Source of the DNA: Watersipora subatra
Taxonomy: Eukaryota
NCBI RefSeq assembly: GCF_963576615.1
Contig: NC_088708.1
Span: 42,861,115 to 42,925,114 of the forward strand
Reading direction: 5' to 3'
DNA: 64,000 bases
Position numbers and translations under genes: made by a program. Below are positions 1 through 11,900 of this stretch, piece by piece (within the stretch, counting starts at the first letter, position 1; each line of letters opens with the position of its first letter). The notes beneath the pieces were generated by a model, which saw nothing but the letters and a program-made list of their open reading frames with translations, was not told the origin of the DNA and did not search any database.

Positions 1-299
1 TTTTGGTTTGCTGATTGCTATCAGCTATTGTTTGTTTGCATGTCCGACCAAGAGTGAGCTACGATAGAGTAGTCTCTGTTAGCAACCGAAACAAATCTCC
101 CTGTTACGTAAAAGGGTTTTTTCTAGCAATGCAAAACAAACCAAATCCAAAAAAAAAATACTTCTTGGATAAAATCTGGCACTTTATTTCTTGCTCATTT
201 CAGCTTTTGTTTCTACTTACTGAATGTTTTCCAAGGGTGTAAAAGGCTATTTTACTGTCATCGCGACCTCCAAACAAAATTTCTGACATCCATCTAATG

Positions 300-2750
300 C
301 TGCAAGTAGTGGTACTGTTACTACTAAAGTAACTAGGAGGGTATCAGTTGATAGTGATAACTTGCTAGATTTAGAAGTGAATGATTCAGGTTCAAATTAT
401 GATTGGGACGACTTTGTATCAGAATCTGAGAGTAAGGGTGATGAGAAAGATGGTAGTAGTAATGATGATAATGGGGTAGGATGATGCTGGTACCTGAACT
501 ATTATTGCAAATATGAAGCGAGACAAAGCTTCCTTAATCCATAAGTTTGCTGTAGTAACAGGCCCTGTGCTCAACTCAGTAGACGTTCAACCGGTAGACT
601 ATTTTGAACATTTTTTGAGTCAGTCAATCAAGGTGGTACATCCTTGTAGGAAATCTTAGTGATATAGACCAACAAATACCACCAGTACTTTTTGAAGAAG
701 TACTGGTAGTATTTGTACAGTGAAGACAGCTAAAACTTTACTCTAAAATAAATTTATGGAAAGTTGTTACTGTGCCCCAAATAAAAGCATTCATTGGAGC
801 TCTTATGAACATGGGTATTAATAGCAAACACACTATTGATTTCTACTGGAGTACCACCGACTGGTCAAAACAAATTTAAGTAAATGATGCGCTTTTTTTC
901 ATGTCACCGACGAGGACGCAGAGGCAGACAAAAAGGTTCAACAAACTTCGATCAAATCTACAAGTTTAGACCAATGCTAGGGCACCTCAACAAGATGTGG
1001 AATAGGGAGTATAACCTTGGGTCCCCTGTCTCCATTGAAGAATCAATAGTTGGCTTCAAAAACTGATAGAATTTAGTCAACTACATCAGAATCCAAAAAC
1101 ACCACTAATGGGACTCCAACGAGTACTATCTGCGTGATTCAGTTTCTGATTATTGCTCTCAGACTATGTACTAGGTCAGGGAATGTCAAAGGGTATATTT
1201 AGTCAACCATATGAAATATGTGCCAAGCTAATGTCCCCACACTGGAATCTATATGGTTAGTAAAGGCTTACAACCAGCTTCCTAAATTACAAACAAATTC
1301 TGAAAGCATGGTTATTAGTAGTCAAAAATTTGTTGTGAAAGCTAAATTCAATTTTTATTTGAATGTAGTCATCATGAACATGCAGTTTTGATAAAGCACT
1401 ACAATATGAATAATTCCCATATCACTAGATCAAAAAAGCTACTCATTCGGTGAAAAATCACACAAGATGTACATGCTACTTCTTTGCATGCAAAATGGAG
1501 AGAAACTCTATGAGTTTAAGAATCCTACCAACTATGCTGCTGATATGGCTGTGTCAGATGAGTATATTGTAGTAAACAGGCATAAAGATGACACAAGAGG
1601 TGAACTCATCGTCTATGACTACTGCAGCAAGTCAGAATCGGAATCTTTGTTGCATGTAGAAAAAACATGCGCCTAAGCCTAATGATTCACAATTGGAACT
1701 GAGCAAAAGAACAGGCACTACTTTTGCAAAATTGATGAGCTAACTTGGAAATTTTCTTGTGACATGGGAAAGATTAAGGTAATGAATTCCATGGAGCCGG
1801 CTGAAAAATCTTCTGAAACAAAATATGGCAGTAAAAAAAGCAATACTGCTCAAACAATAGTTGTAACAAAAATTTGTCAATAGACTATAATTCATAGCTG
1901 TATTTGCAAAATGCAACAGTCAAATGTTCTGATGGATACAATACTGAAAATTCTCAAAAAAACTATCAAGAAAGAATGGTCAAGGCATACTTAATAAATG
2001 GCTTTGGAGAGTGGAGTAAAATGATACCAAAGGTAAAAACCCTCGCTGTAAGTTAAAAAAAAAACTAAAAACAAATATGATAAAAACATAATATATATGT
2101 TAGAGTTTTGATTGACGATAAAGATGAAAACAAGATGAAGTGCTACCTATGCTACCAACAAAGACAACATCACCATTGTGAAGTGGAATGATAACAATCT
2201 TGTTTACACTGCAAGCATAATTGTGGGTATGCAACCGACAAGCGTAGTACAACGGTGGGAAAAAAGTCATGTGGATGTTATCAGGCCTCGTGCTATTGAA
2301 GTGTATAACAAACATATGGGAGGAGTGGATCTAACAGATTTCCTGATTTCATGCTACTGGCACAGCCTCAAGCACAAACATTGGTATTTACGTCTGTTTT
2401 TTTCACTTTGTAAATTTCAAAATTGTGATAGGATGACTGATCTATCGGTGGGAACATGGAGACAGTATTGATTTGCAGTATTGATGATGCTTACTTGTAA
2501 AAAATATTTATTCAATTAATATGTGCATATTGCTAAAATGCTACAACTTGAGAGTTCACAATTTTTACTATATTGGTTGCAAAATTTCAAATGAAACCTT
2601 GATGCTGGACACTGGCCGGAGAAATCAGCTAAAAAATATGCAAGCCGATGCGTCGCTCCAACCTGCCACAGCAAAACAGGATTCTTGTGCACAATCTGCA
2701 AGAGTTTTCTGCCCAGAATGCTTTGGAGAGTATCATACCAAGTGACTCTG
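300..2750 (+). mobile_element. piggyBac-like DNA transposon remnant. The transposase pseudogene is broken into fragments by frameshifts and stops.
   Basis: Several plus-strand pieces match different parts of piggyBac transposase. An acidic N-terminal stretch lies at about 330-480. A segment reading AFIGALMNMGI...YWSTTDW lies at about 760-870. ORF 884..1066 reads FRPMLGHLNKMWNREYNLGSPVSIEESIVGFK, matching the conserved piggyBac block RPLIDHLN...SIDESMV.FKGR. ORF 2178..2471 reads WNDNNLVY...YNKHMGGVDLTDFLISCY...WYLRLFF, matching the WNDNKPV / YNKYMGGVD motifs. Frame 2521..2745 ends in a Cys-rich CxxC...CxxC...CF.EYH tail typical of the piggyBac C-terminus. Two GTCCTCNNATGAGGAC hairpins lie at about 2797-2845 near the right end. 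Confidence 0.6.
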
Positions 2751-3499
2751 TCTGACTGCAACCTTTAGCTAATGCTACCAACCAACTGTAGTTTGTCCTC
2801 GTATGAGGACAGAGCGCTTTGTTTCATAATTGCATGGCGTCCTCAAATGAGGACATTTTTAACATATGTATGAGATGGGTAGTGGTGGAATAATAACTGT
2901 TTTGTGTAAAATGAGCAGTTTTTGTTTGCTTATTATCCTCTAGCTGAATGGCAGCTATACCCATGCAAGAAAATGTGAAGTCATTGCTTATTCAATCTTA
3001 AAAACGGCTCACATTACCCTGTAGTTGGGATATGGGCCACATTTCGTATTTGGAAATGTTATTGATAATTCTCAATAATGAATAGCTAGGTTGCTGTATT
3101 ATATATTTATATTTAATTTATACATTTCAGTCTAACACTTGAGGAGACGCACTTTTGTTTGAACCGCACCAATATTTAATTTTCAAAAGGTCCTTTAAGG
3201 TGAGGTGACTCATGTCACCATTCATCCCCTACATTATTGCATTATATATATCGTTCAAGCATATCAAGGCTATTTTTTGCCCAAATTTTAAATGTTATTC
3301 CAACTTACACCGGTACTGGGTCCAACTTATCCTATCTTAAAGAAATTATTCAACTTTTTGCATGAATGTACAAATGCTACCATTTCAAGATGTATCACTG
3401 ACATGATAGCGCTAATATATAATGAATGAAAAAATTGAGCAAATCAATCTGTACTGAACGTTTGTATTTTTTTGCAGAATCAATTGTAAACTAGAAATA

Positions 3500-5335
3500 G
3501 AAAAGTTTTGTATCTAGATGTTGCCAAACCATGCAACCATTCAATCTCAAACTGAACAAAGCTAAAAATGAGTACGTTGAAAAACAATCTAATAAACTAG
3601 ACTCAGCAGAGAATTCCAAGTTTTAGAAAACATTCAAGAAAGTTTTTTATCACCAGGAAGATCGCTTATCAGGTGGCTTAAAAGATAACCATGACAGTAT
3701 TCTACACAGTGATGAAAGCAAGGCAAAATATCTCTTTGACCATATATTTGGAGGTGGTCACCTAAATATGAATGCATTTTCCAACAAAAACAAGCCAATG
3801 TATTCTAGCTGAAAATGCAGAGAAATTCGTCTTACTTAATGAACCCATCACAATGGCAGAGATAGAACTTGCTCTTAGAAAGCTGAAACCGTCAAGAAAA
3901 AGTGCAGACTTCAATGGCATTCACTCAAAGATGCTAAAACAATCGAGTCCATTTCTTCTCATAGCTTTACGCTGCTTATTCAATGCTGTTCTCAAGACAC
4001 AAATATGGCCATGGAACAAGTCAAACTTAGTAATATTCCTTAGGAAAACTGGCAAAGCAGATTACACTGATGTAGGATCATACCATCCCATAACCATCAG
4101 CTCCCATGTGGGAAAAACACTGGAAAGGATTCTAGAAAAAAGACTAAGAGATAACATAAAAAATAATATATTATTACCAAACTCACAATTTGGCTTCTGA
4201 AAAAACAGAGGAACATTTGATGTAGCCTACTTTCTTCAACTGATATCAGAAACACAACGCCTTTAAAAGAAGCAACACACAGCAGCCATTTTCTTAGACC
4301 TTCAAAAGGCCTTTGATACTGTATGGCATCAAAGGATGATATCTAGATTAGCTGTCCTTGGGGTCTCTGATACCTTCTTGAGGACGGTTGAATCATTTCT
4401 CGCCCCAAGAAATATTCAACCGAAGGTAAACAACTATATACACACACCACAAAAATGTACAATAAGACTTCCACAAGGCAGTGTTTTGTCTCCATTGCTT
4501 TTCATTATACGTATACATACATGATATGCTACTACAAGTAGAAGGCACTGGTCTGCAATTTGCTGAAGATTGTACCATACTGATGTCAGATCATTCGTCA
4601 TCAGAGCTTCAAGACACATGCAACAAAAATTGCACTATTATGCAAGAATGGATGACAAAATGGAAATTAAAAATTAACTACCGAAAAACAGAATTAGTAG
4701 TTTTCCATGGTCATCTTCAACCCTCAGTGATGGAAAACGAGAACATTAAAATTGTTAGACTCCACAAAAGTACTTGGAATCTGGGTAGATAAGGGCCTAG
4801 AATTTATGAAACAGATTAGGAACAGCGTTAAGTCGCTGAATACAAAAATGAACATGTTAAAACCATTTCTGTATTCAGGAATGAGCTGTCAAACAGCAAA
4901 AAAGGTTCTCACTCATGCAATTATTCCTAAGGCTCTACATGCATGTTCTCTTTGGAACTTGACTGAAAAAATCACACTGCATCTCCACCTCAAACTCCTT
5001 CTTGGAACTCATTTAAATCCATATTTAGAATCATTACACGTTATTATTGGGATACCCCCGATAAATATTCAAATGACAAGGGAAAGGCTACAAATAATGC
5101 GGTGTCTGATTAAATCAGATATGTCACACATCATTACCGCTTCTCCTCACAGCTCACTGATAAAAGCATTTAAAGCTGATATCAGGAAGATAATCTCCAG
5201 AATTGTAGAAGTTGATAATATTGACTCTAAAGAACTCAGTAAAACAAACATTAACGATCTTACAAAATCAAAATGGCTGAGAAGATGGAAGATGCAACTA
5301 ATTATGGTAATTGCTCACTAGGCCTAATTGCAACT
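3500..5335 (+). mobile_element. Non-LTR retrotransposon (LINE) fragment. The reverse-transcriptase region of ORF2 is 5'-truncated and frameshifted.
   Basis: ORFs 3772..4200, 4336..4524, 4481..4792 and 4752..5321 carry RT motifs. These include LLPNSQFGF(RKNRGT), FLDLQKAFDTVWHQ, QGSVLSPLLF and FAEDCTI (the FADD box). They sit in consecutive shifted frames. Confidence 0.7.
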
Positions 5336-5992
5336 CTCCCAGTAGACCATTTATTCAATAACCCAATACCTCTAGAGACAGAAAGGAAAGCTGCAACTAT
5401 TTCAATAGACCATTGGAGCAACCTATAGGGGAGAACGGGGTAGGTTGGCCCTATGGGGCAGGTTGGACTATGTCAATTTTGGAAAATATATGTGTGTTTG
5501 GAGTTTTCTTCCCATATGAAATATAGGTCAATGAAATTACATCACTTCCTGTCAATGGCTGCCTCTCACATGTGCAAGGGTAAGTGAAATAATGTCAAAT
5601 CTATAATTTTTGCTCAAAAAGTAACTTTATGAAATATAACTTGTGGTCAGCATATTCTTGAGTGTGTTAATTCTACTTCTGTCATACTCTTAAGAGATGT
5701 CTAGCATATATTCAACCAAATTCAGATTAAGTTGGGAAGCCAGCAATAATGAAATTTTTGATGGTTGAAATTATGTCCACCAACTTCAGATGGGGCAAGT
5801 TGGCCTTTTGAAAAAGGGGCAGGTTGGCCTGTGGGCCAACCTACCCCATCAAGATTGTGAAATGGAAGTAAAGATTATGGCTTGTTTGAATCAGAATTAT
5901 TCAGTGGAGTACATATCCAAACAGACTCCAGCATAAAATATAGGCATATTTGTTGTAGAAACTTTATACTAGAATTTGACAAGCAATTAATC

Positions 5993-6494
5993 ATGGTTCG
6001 AAACTACAAGCGTAAAACAGAACGAGGGGCGACCAAAGAGGACATCACAGCTGCAATTCGGTTTTGGAATGAAGGTGCCTCACTGGACCAGACAGTAAAA
6101 CATTTAAAATTCCTGCCACAACCCTTAAAAGGCATAGAAAGAAATTGGGTGAGGGCTATACGCACTGTAAAACTGTAAAAATGGTTTTCAGCGATGCAAT
6201 GGAGCTGAACTTAGCTAATCATCTTAAAGAGCTAGACCTTCGATTTTATGGTTTGACACCCGTTAAGTGTCGTGAATTGGCTTATGAGTACGCCAAGAGC
6301 AACAGAGGAGAAGTTACCATGCCTGAGAGTTGGAAAACAAACAAGACCGCTGGTAAAGATTGGCTTGCTGGATTCTTGAAGCGACATAAGCTGTCCATAA
6401 GAACTCCGGAGGCCACCTCACTTGCTAGACAGTCAGGATTCAATCAGCCAGCAGTTAGCTTGTTCTTCAACAAACTTAAAGAAGTGACAGATAG
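5993..6494 (+). pseudogene. pogo transposase 5' exon with the N-terminal psq HTH and CENP-B-type HTH. It is disrupted by an 8-bp tandem duplication, ACTGTAAA twice, at 6164..6179.
   Basis: ORF 5882..6178 contains MVRNYKRKTERGATKEDITAAIRFWNEGASL from the Met at 5993. ORF 6145..6498 reads YGLTPVKCRELAYEYAKSNRGEV...WLAGFLKRHKLSIRTPEATS. Removing one copy of the 8-mer joins the two frames as ...RTVKMVFSDAME. A GTAAAC donor follows at 6495. Confidence 0.6.
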
Positions 6495-6711
6495 GTAAAC
6501 AAATCACACCAAAGTAGAAGGCAATGCACTATTACTAACTGACCAAAAGAGCCCAATTGAATTTTAAGCCTATATAAATTGTACAATGTTTAACCATAGA
6601 TATTAATACAGGCTCTTGTTTCTTACTTTACTAAACCATCAACTCATTCATGTCAGGCCTTTGGCTACTGTAACTATTTTGTTTCTGAATTGCTATGTTG
6701 TATTGTTTTAG

Positions 6712-8218
6712 GACCCAGATATCGCCTCAAAATATATACAATCTTGATGAAACTGGAGTTACCACCGTGCAAAATCCTGAAAGGGTGGTTAGCGTACTGG
6801 GAAAAAAGCAAGTGGGAGCAACTGCTTCTCAAGAGCGTGGGGAGCTCGTGACAATGTGTTGTGCCATAAATGCAATCGGCAATTCTCTGCCGCCATTTTA
6901 CATATTTCCTAGAGTTAATTTTAAACAGCACTTTCTCAATAGAGCTGCTGCTGGCTCAAAGGGAGTAGCGTGCAAAACCGGGTATATGAATAGCGATATT
7001 TTCACAAATGATTGCTTACCATTTTTCGTTAGCCATACAAAGCCCACCAGCAGTGAACCAATTCTTTTAATTCTGGACAATCATAGCTCTCATATATCTA
7101 TCCAGTCAATTGAATTTTGCAAAGAAAACAACGTAATTTTGTTAACTCTCCCACCTCACACCTCTCATAGGCTCCAACCCCTAGATCGCAGTGTATATGG
7201 ACCTTTGAAACGCTACTTGAATGCAGCGATGGACGATTGGCTGCGATGTCATCCGAGTCGCTACATTTCCATTTATGAAATGGCAGAGCTATCAGGCATA
7301 GCATTTACTAAAAGCTTCACAAATTCTAACATTACAGCTGGATTTCGTGCTACCGGTATATACCCCTATAACTTAGATGTATTCGACGACAGTGATTTCT
7401 TTCCCGCAGATATAACTGACCAACCTGACCCCAAGGCATGTCCATATGCTGCACAACAACCAAATCTTGAACGTCAACTTGATCCTGAGCGTCAACCTGA
7501 TCCTGAGTCACAATCTGATGGTAATCCACAACCTTCTACATCTACCCAACAGAGTGTTCCATCAACTAGTAACTGCAGCAATCCAAAGCAACTTGCAGCA
7601 ACACCAGTGACTAAAAGACAACTGCCAGTTCAGCACATAACCCCAGAACAACTCATGCCCTTGCCGAAAGCCTGCAGTCACCAAAGAAAGTTGAACAGGA
7701 AAAAAGTCTCATCAGCAATTCTCACCGACACACCTAAAAAAAATCGAATAGCAGAAAATGCAAAAGCCAGAAGACCAAAACCTCCTGCAAAAAAGCGAAA
7801 AAAATCACCAATGCCTGAATCCACCGATGAAGAAGATGTTGTATCAATTGATTTAACTGATTCAGAATCTGGAGACGACTTTCTAGAATTGGAATATAAT
7901 GACCAAGACGTTGGTGACATAACTCAAGGAGCTCACGTGTTGGTAAAATACCCGGCAGGTAGGAAAACAGTATTTTATGCCGGGTGTGTTCTTGAAGTGA
8001 TGGATGATGATAAGTTTGAAGTGAACTTTGTACACAAAGTCACCAACAGCAAGAATTGTGCGTTTCAATATCCCGACAAGGAAGACCGCGACTTGGTCAG
8101 CAAGGAGGACATTGTTATGAAATTAGGAGATCCGATTTCAACCGGGGGAACAATGAGATCAATTAAAAAGCTCACATTTGACGTTGATTTGAGATATTTC
8201 TATGACAATCTTCGCTAA
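6712..8218 (+). CDS. pogo transposase 3' exon with the DDE_1 catalytic domain, a basic NLS-like KKRKK, an acidic linker and a C-terminal barrel-like extension.
   Basis: The intron runs 6495..6711, from GTAAAC to a pyrimidine tract ending TTTTAG. The split codon AG|G encodes Arg and keeps the frame, giving ...KEVTDR|TQISPQNIYNLDETG. The DDE motif is present as DETG, LLILDNHSSHIS and LDRSVYGP. About 250 extra residues follow, ending in ...AHVLVKYPAGRKTVFYAGCVLEVMDDDKFEVNFVHKV...FQYPDKEDRDLVSKEDIV. Confidence 0.7.
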
Positions 8219-8622
8219 CCACCTTTAGTGCAGTATTAACCAAATCATTACACGTTTTCTGTTATTTTTTCTTTTCTTGATTCCCTGGCTGGGATTAGAT
8301 GATGTGGCAAACATTCTTATTCAGCTGTACTTCAAATAACTGCTTGTATTGCAGTGAATAAATAAATGAATAAACGGTCTTTATTTTTTGTGGTCGAACA
8401 AACTTTCTTAACACATGTTTTGGTACATAATATAAACTAGATAATGAACAGTCCAACCTGCCCCATTGAGAGGTCCAACCTACTCCGTGTGTGGGGTAGG
8501 TTGGACTTCTAATGATATGTTTAAAAAGACTGAATAACTCTTGAAATAACTTTCTCAGAGCTTTTCTAAAGCAGCACAATGTAGTTAAGAGTTAAAAATG
8601 TGGGCATACAAAGAATCATCAG

Positions 8623-8809
8623 TGTTACGTTATTGAATCATTGGCTTTGCCGTTTCCGGTTAGTGCATGCGCACGCAGTTCTGTTTTTATCCTCGAGGAT
8701 GCGTTACACGTTTTTCTAATGCTCTTGTATTGTATTCCTTATTCACATGTACTATTGTTCGTTATTCATAATATACGTTCTACAGCATTAACTACACACA
8801 TATTCAACA
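8623..8809 (+). repeat. gypsy 5' LTR
   Basis: Identical to 13022..13208 except at one position (G versus A at the 7th base). Confidence 0.85.
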
Positions 8810-8985
8810 ATGGCGACGAGGATGGGATTCGTAATTATCTCAATGTCCCCTATCGTTTTACTGTATTAGTTACCTGTATTTTTGTACTAGAACTGTTGCC
8901 TTTTTCTTGCGCAAGACACACGTTGTTGTGCATCTTTTTCTTAACAGAAATTCTCTCATAAAGCTCAACAAGCATTAATTTTGCA

Positions 8986-11900
8986 ATGGCAGCTCAAAAT
9001 TCCATTGGACGCATGGAACCATTTGATGAGTCAATTGAGTCATTCACATGTTATTTAGAGCGTTTTGATTTCTACACGGAAGCTAATAGCATTGATGATA
9101 GCAAAAAAAAGGCAACTTTTCTGAGCCTCATAGGTCCCAAGTTATATAAACTATTACGTGGTCTCACAGCACCAGATAGACCAACAGCTAAGTCATTAGA
9201 AGAATTAACCACGCTGCTAAGTAATCATATCTCACCACCTCCACTCGAAATTGCGGAAACATATCGCTTTCATCAACGAAACCAGCTACCTGGTGAAAGC
9301 ATCCATGAGTATGTTGCACAACTCAAGTTACTTGCTGAGCATTGCAATTTTGAAGGTGCGTACCGTGAACGGGTACTACGTAATAGACTGGTCTGTGGAA
9401 TTTACTGCGAAAATGCTCGCCGCAAACTGTTAACTGTAGCAGACTTAAATCTTTCACGTGCCATAGAGATTGCTCGAGGTATGGAGCAGGCTGGGAAAGA
9501 TGCCGAAGTCATGACACAACGACAGCCAACAGAATCTAAAGTCTGTCACATCTCTAACATGCATTCGCCTACTACCAGTGGCAAACCTTGGCCTTGTCGT
9601 TCCTGCGGGAGCACCCTTCATCCAAGAAAGCAATGCCCACACCTTCAAGCTGAATGTTTTAAATGTGGTCGGAAAGGCCATCTTCAATCTGTTTGTGAAC
9701 AGAAAACTCCAAGTAAAAGACCTCAACTCCAGAAGCCTCATAGACGAGCACAAAACACACACAGTGTAATGTCAGATGCAATTACAGAGGAGCATGAAGA
9801 TATAGCTCATATAAACACACTGTCTAAGGAGCACAGCCACCCACCAATCATGCTAGATACACTCATCAATGGTATCCCAGTGAAAATGGAACTTGATACA
9901 GGTGCAGGAGTGTCCACAATGCCATATCATATCTACAAAAAGATTAAAGGCTCATTGGAACTCCAACCTACATCTACTACTTTGAAACCATACGGCGCAA
10001 CGCAGTCAATTAAGCCGAAAGGAGTCATCTACTCAACTGTGCATTTCAGCAAGCAAGAAAGTAAAGCAAGGATGTTTGTGCTAGATAAATCCGAGGGTGA
10101 GCAGGTCCCATTGTTTGGAAGGGAATGGTTAAACCACTTTAAATTAAACTGGTCAGAGATCAAGGCTAATCGGGTCGAGGCAACGGCACAACTGAAGGAC
10201 ACTCTAGTTGCAAAGTACCCGTCCTTATTCAAGCAAACTTTAGGAGAAATGAAAAAGGTTGAAGCAACGCTCCGTACGCGCCCAAGTGCTATTCCTATTC
10301 GGCAAAAGCACCGAGTTGTACCATTCGCATTGCGGGCAAAAGTAGAACAAGAACTTGAATCTCTCCTAAATGAAAACGTTATCTCTCCAGTAGAACATAG
10401 TGAATGGGCAACACCTGTAGTTCCCGTCATAAAACCCAATGGTTCCATTAGGCTGTGTGGAGACTTTAAAGTTACCCTAAATCCTCAGCTAGTTGTTGAC
10501 TCATATCCTATGCCATCTATAGATGACCTTCAAGAAAAAATGAGTGGCGGAAAGTTATTCTCCAAATTAGATTTGTCAAAGGCCTTTGCTCAGATCAAAC
10601 TAGATGCAGCTTCAAAGCCTTTAGTTACTATCACTACACATAAAGGACTGTTCCAGTACAACCGACTCCCATACGGGGTGGCCTCAGCGCCTGCCATCCA
10701 CCAGAGAGCAATGGATGACATACTGGGTAGCCTACCAAATGTCTTATGTTATCAAGACGACATATTTATTACTGGTCAGAACTATGAATCACATCTATCT
10801 ACTTTGCATAGCGTTTTAGACCGTCTACAGAATTATGGGCTAAAGGTCAATAAAGAAAAGTGCTGCCTCCTACAATCATCAATTATTTATTTAGGACATC
10901 GCATAGATCAACACGGCCTGCACCCTATGGAAAGCAAGGTTAAGGCTATCAAAGAGGCTCCAACACCTACAAATATTGGTGAGCTTCGATCTTTCATAGG
11001 CTTAGTGAACTACTATCAAAAGTTTTTACCAAACTTAGCAACAGTCATGCACCCATTGCATCAACAGTTACGCAAAAATGCTCACTGGAACTGGTCTTCA
11101 CAATGTCAAGAAGCCTTTGTTCAGTTAAAGCAGCTGTTGTCTACAGACTGCGTGTTGACACCATACGATGTTAACTCTCCTCTGATACTGGCCTGTGATG
11201 CCTCAGCATACGGGGTAGGGGCAGTCTTATCGCACAAACTTTCAAATGGTGAAGAAAAGCCCATAGCATTTGCTTCTCGAACATTAAGCCCAAGTGAGCG
11301 AAACTATGCCCAAATCGAACGAGAGGCACTATCAATTATCTTTGGGGTAACAAAATTCCACCTCTACTTGTATGGCCGCTCATTTACCTTGCTCACTGAC
11401 CATAAGCCATTGGTTACAATTCTAGGCCCAAAAACCGGTGTTCCTCCTATTGCTGCGATGAGAATGCAAAGATGGGCCGCTATTCTAACAGCGTATACAT
11501 ACGACATAGAATACAAGTCATCACTCACTCATGCGAATGCTGATGCTATGTCACGGCTTCCGCAGCCATGCAGAAGACTTCATTGTGAACAAACAAGACT
11601 ATTTCACATTGAACAATATGCCCAACTACCCGTGACCTTTGAGACAGTATCCATAAAAACTCAGGAGGACAAAACATTGAGCAATGTCTACAACTCAACC
11701 ATACATGGTTGGCCTCCATACAGTGCCGCAAACATAGATCCATACTTTAGATGTCGACAAGAGCTCTCGACGCTAAAGGGTTGCTTGATGAGAGGCATAC
11801 GCCTTGTTATACCCTCTAGTTTGCGAGCCACAATACTCACCGAACTCCACCAAAGTCACTTGGGGATGGTCAAAATGAAAACAACAGCACGCAATTATGT

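Larger units (their letters stand above)
5455..8464 (+). mobile_element. pogo/Tigger-like (Tc1/mariner superfamily) DNA transposon, about 3.0 kb.
   Basis: The termini are inverted. The left end reads GGGGCAGGTTGGACTATGTCAATT at 5455. The reverse complement of the right end reads GGGGCAGGTTGGACTGTTCATTAT, ending at 8464. Inside is a pogo-type transposase with psq HTH, CENP-B-type HTH and DDE_1 domains. AT dinucleotides flank both ends, so the target-site duplication is ambiguous. Confidence 0.65.

Noticed and set aside
6145-6180. Treating the ORF1 to ORF2 overlap in the pogo element as a second intron, using GTGAGG at 6147 and TTTTCAG at 6190
   Set aside because: The splice phases do not join the two frames. 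Deleting one copy of the tandem 8-mer ACTGTAAA restores a continuous reading frame, so this is a frameshifting duplication.
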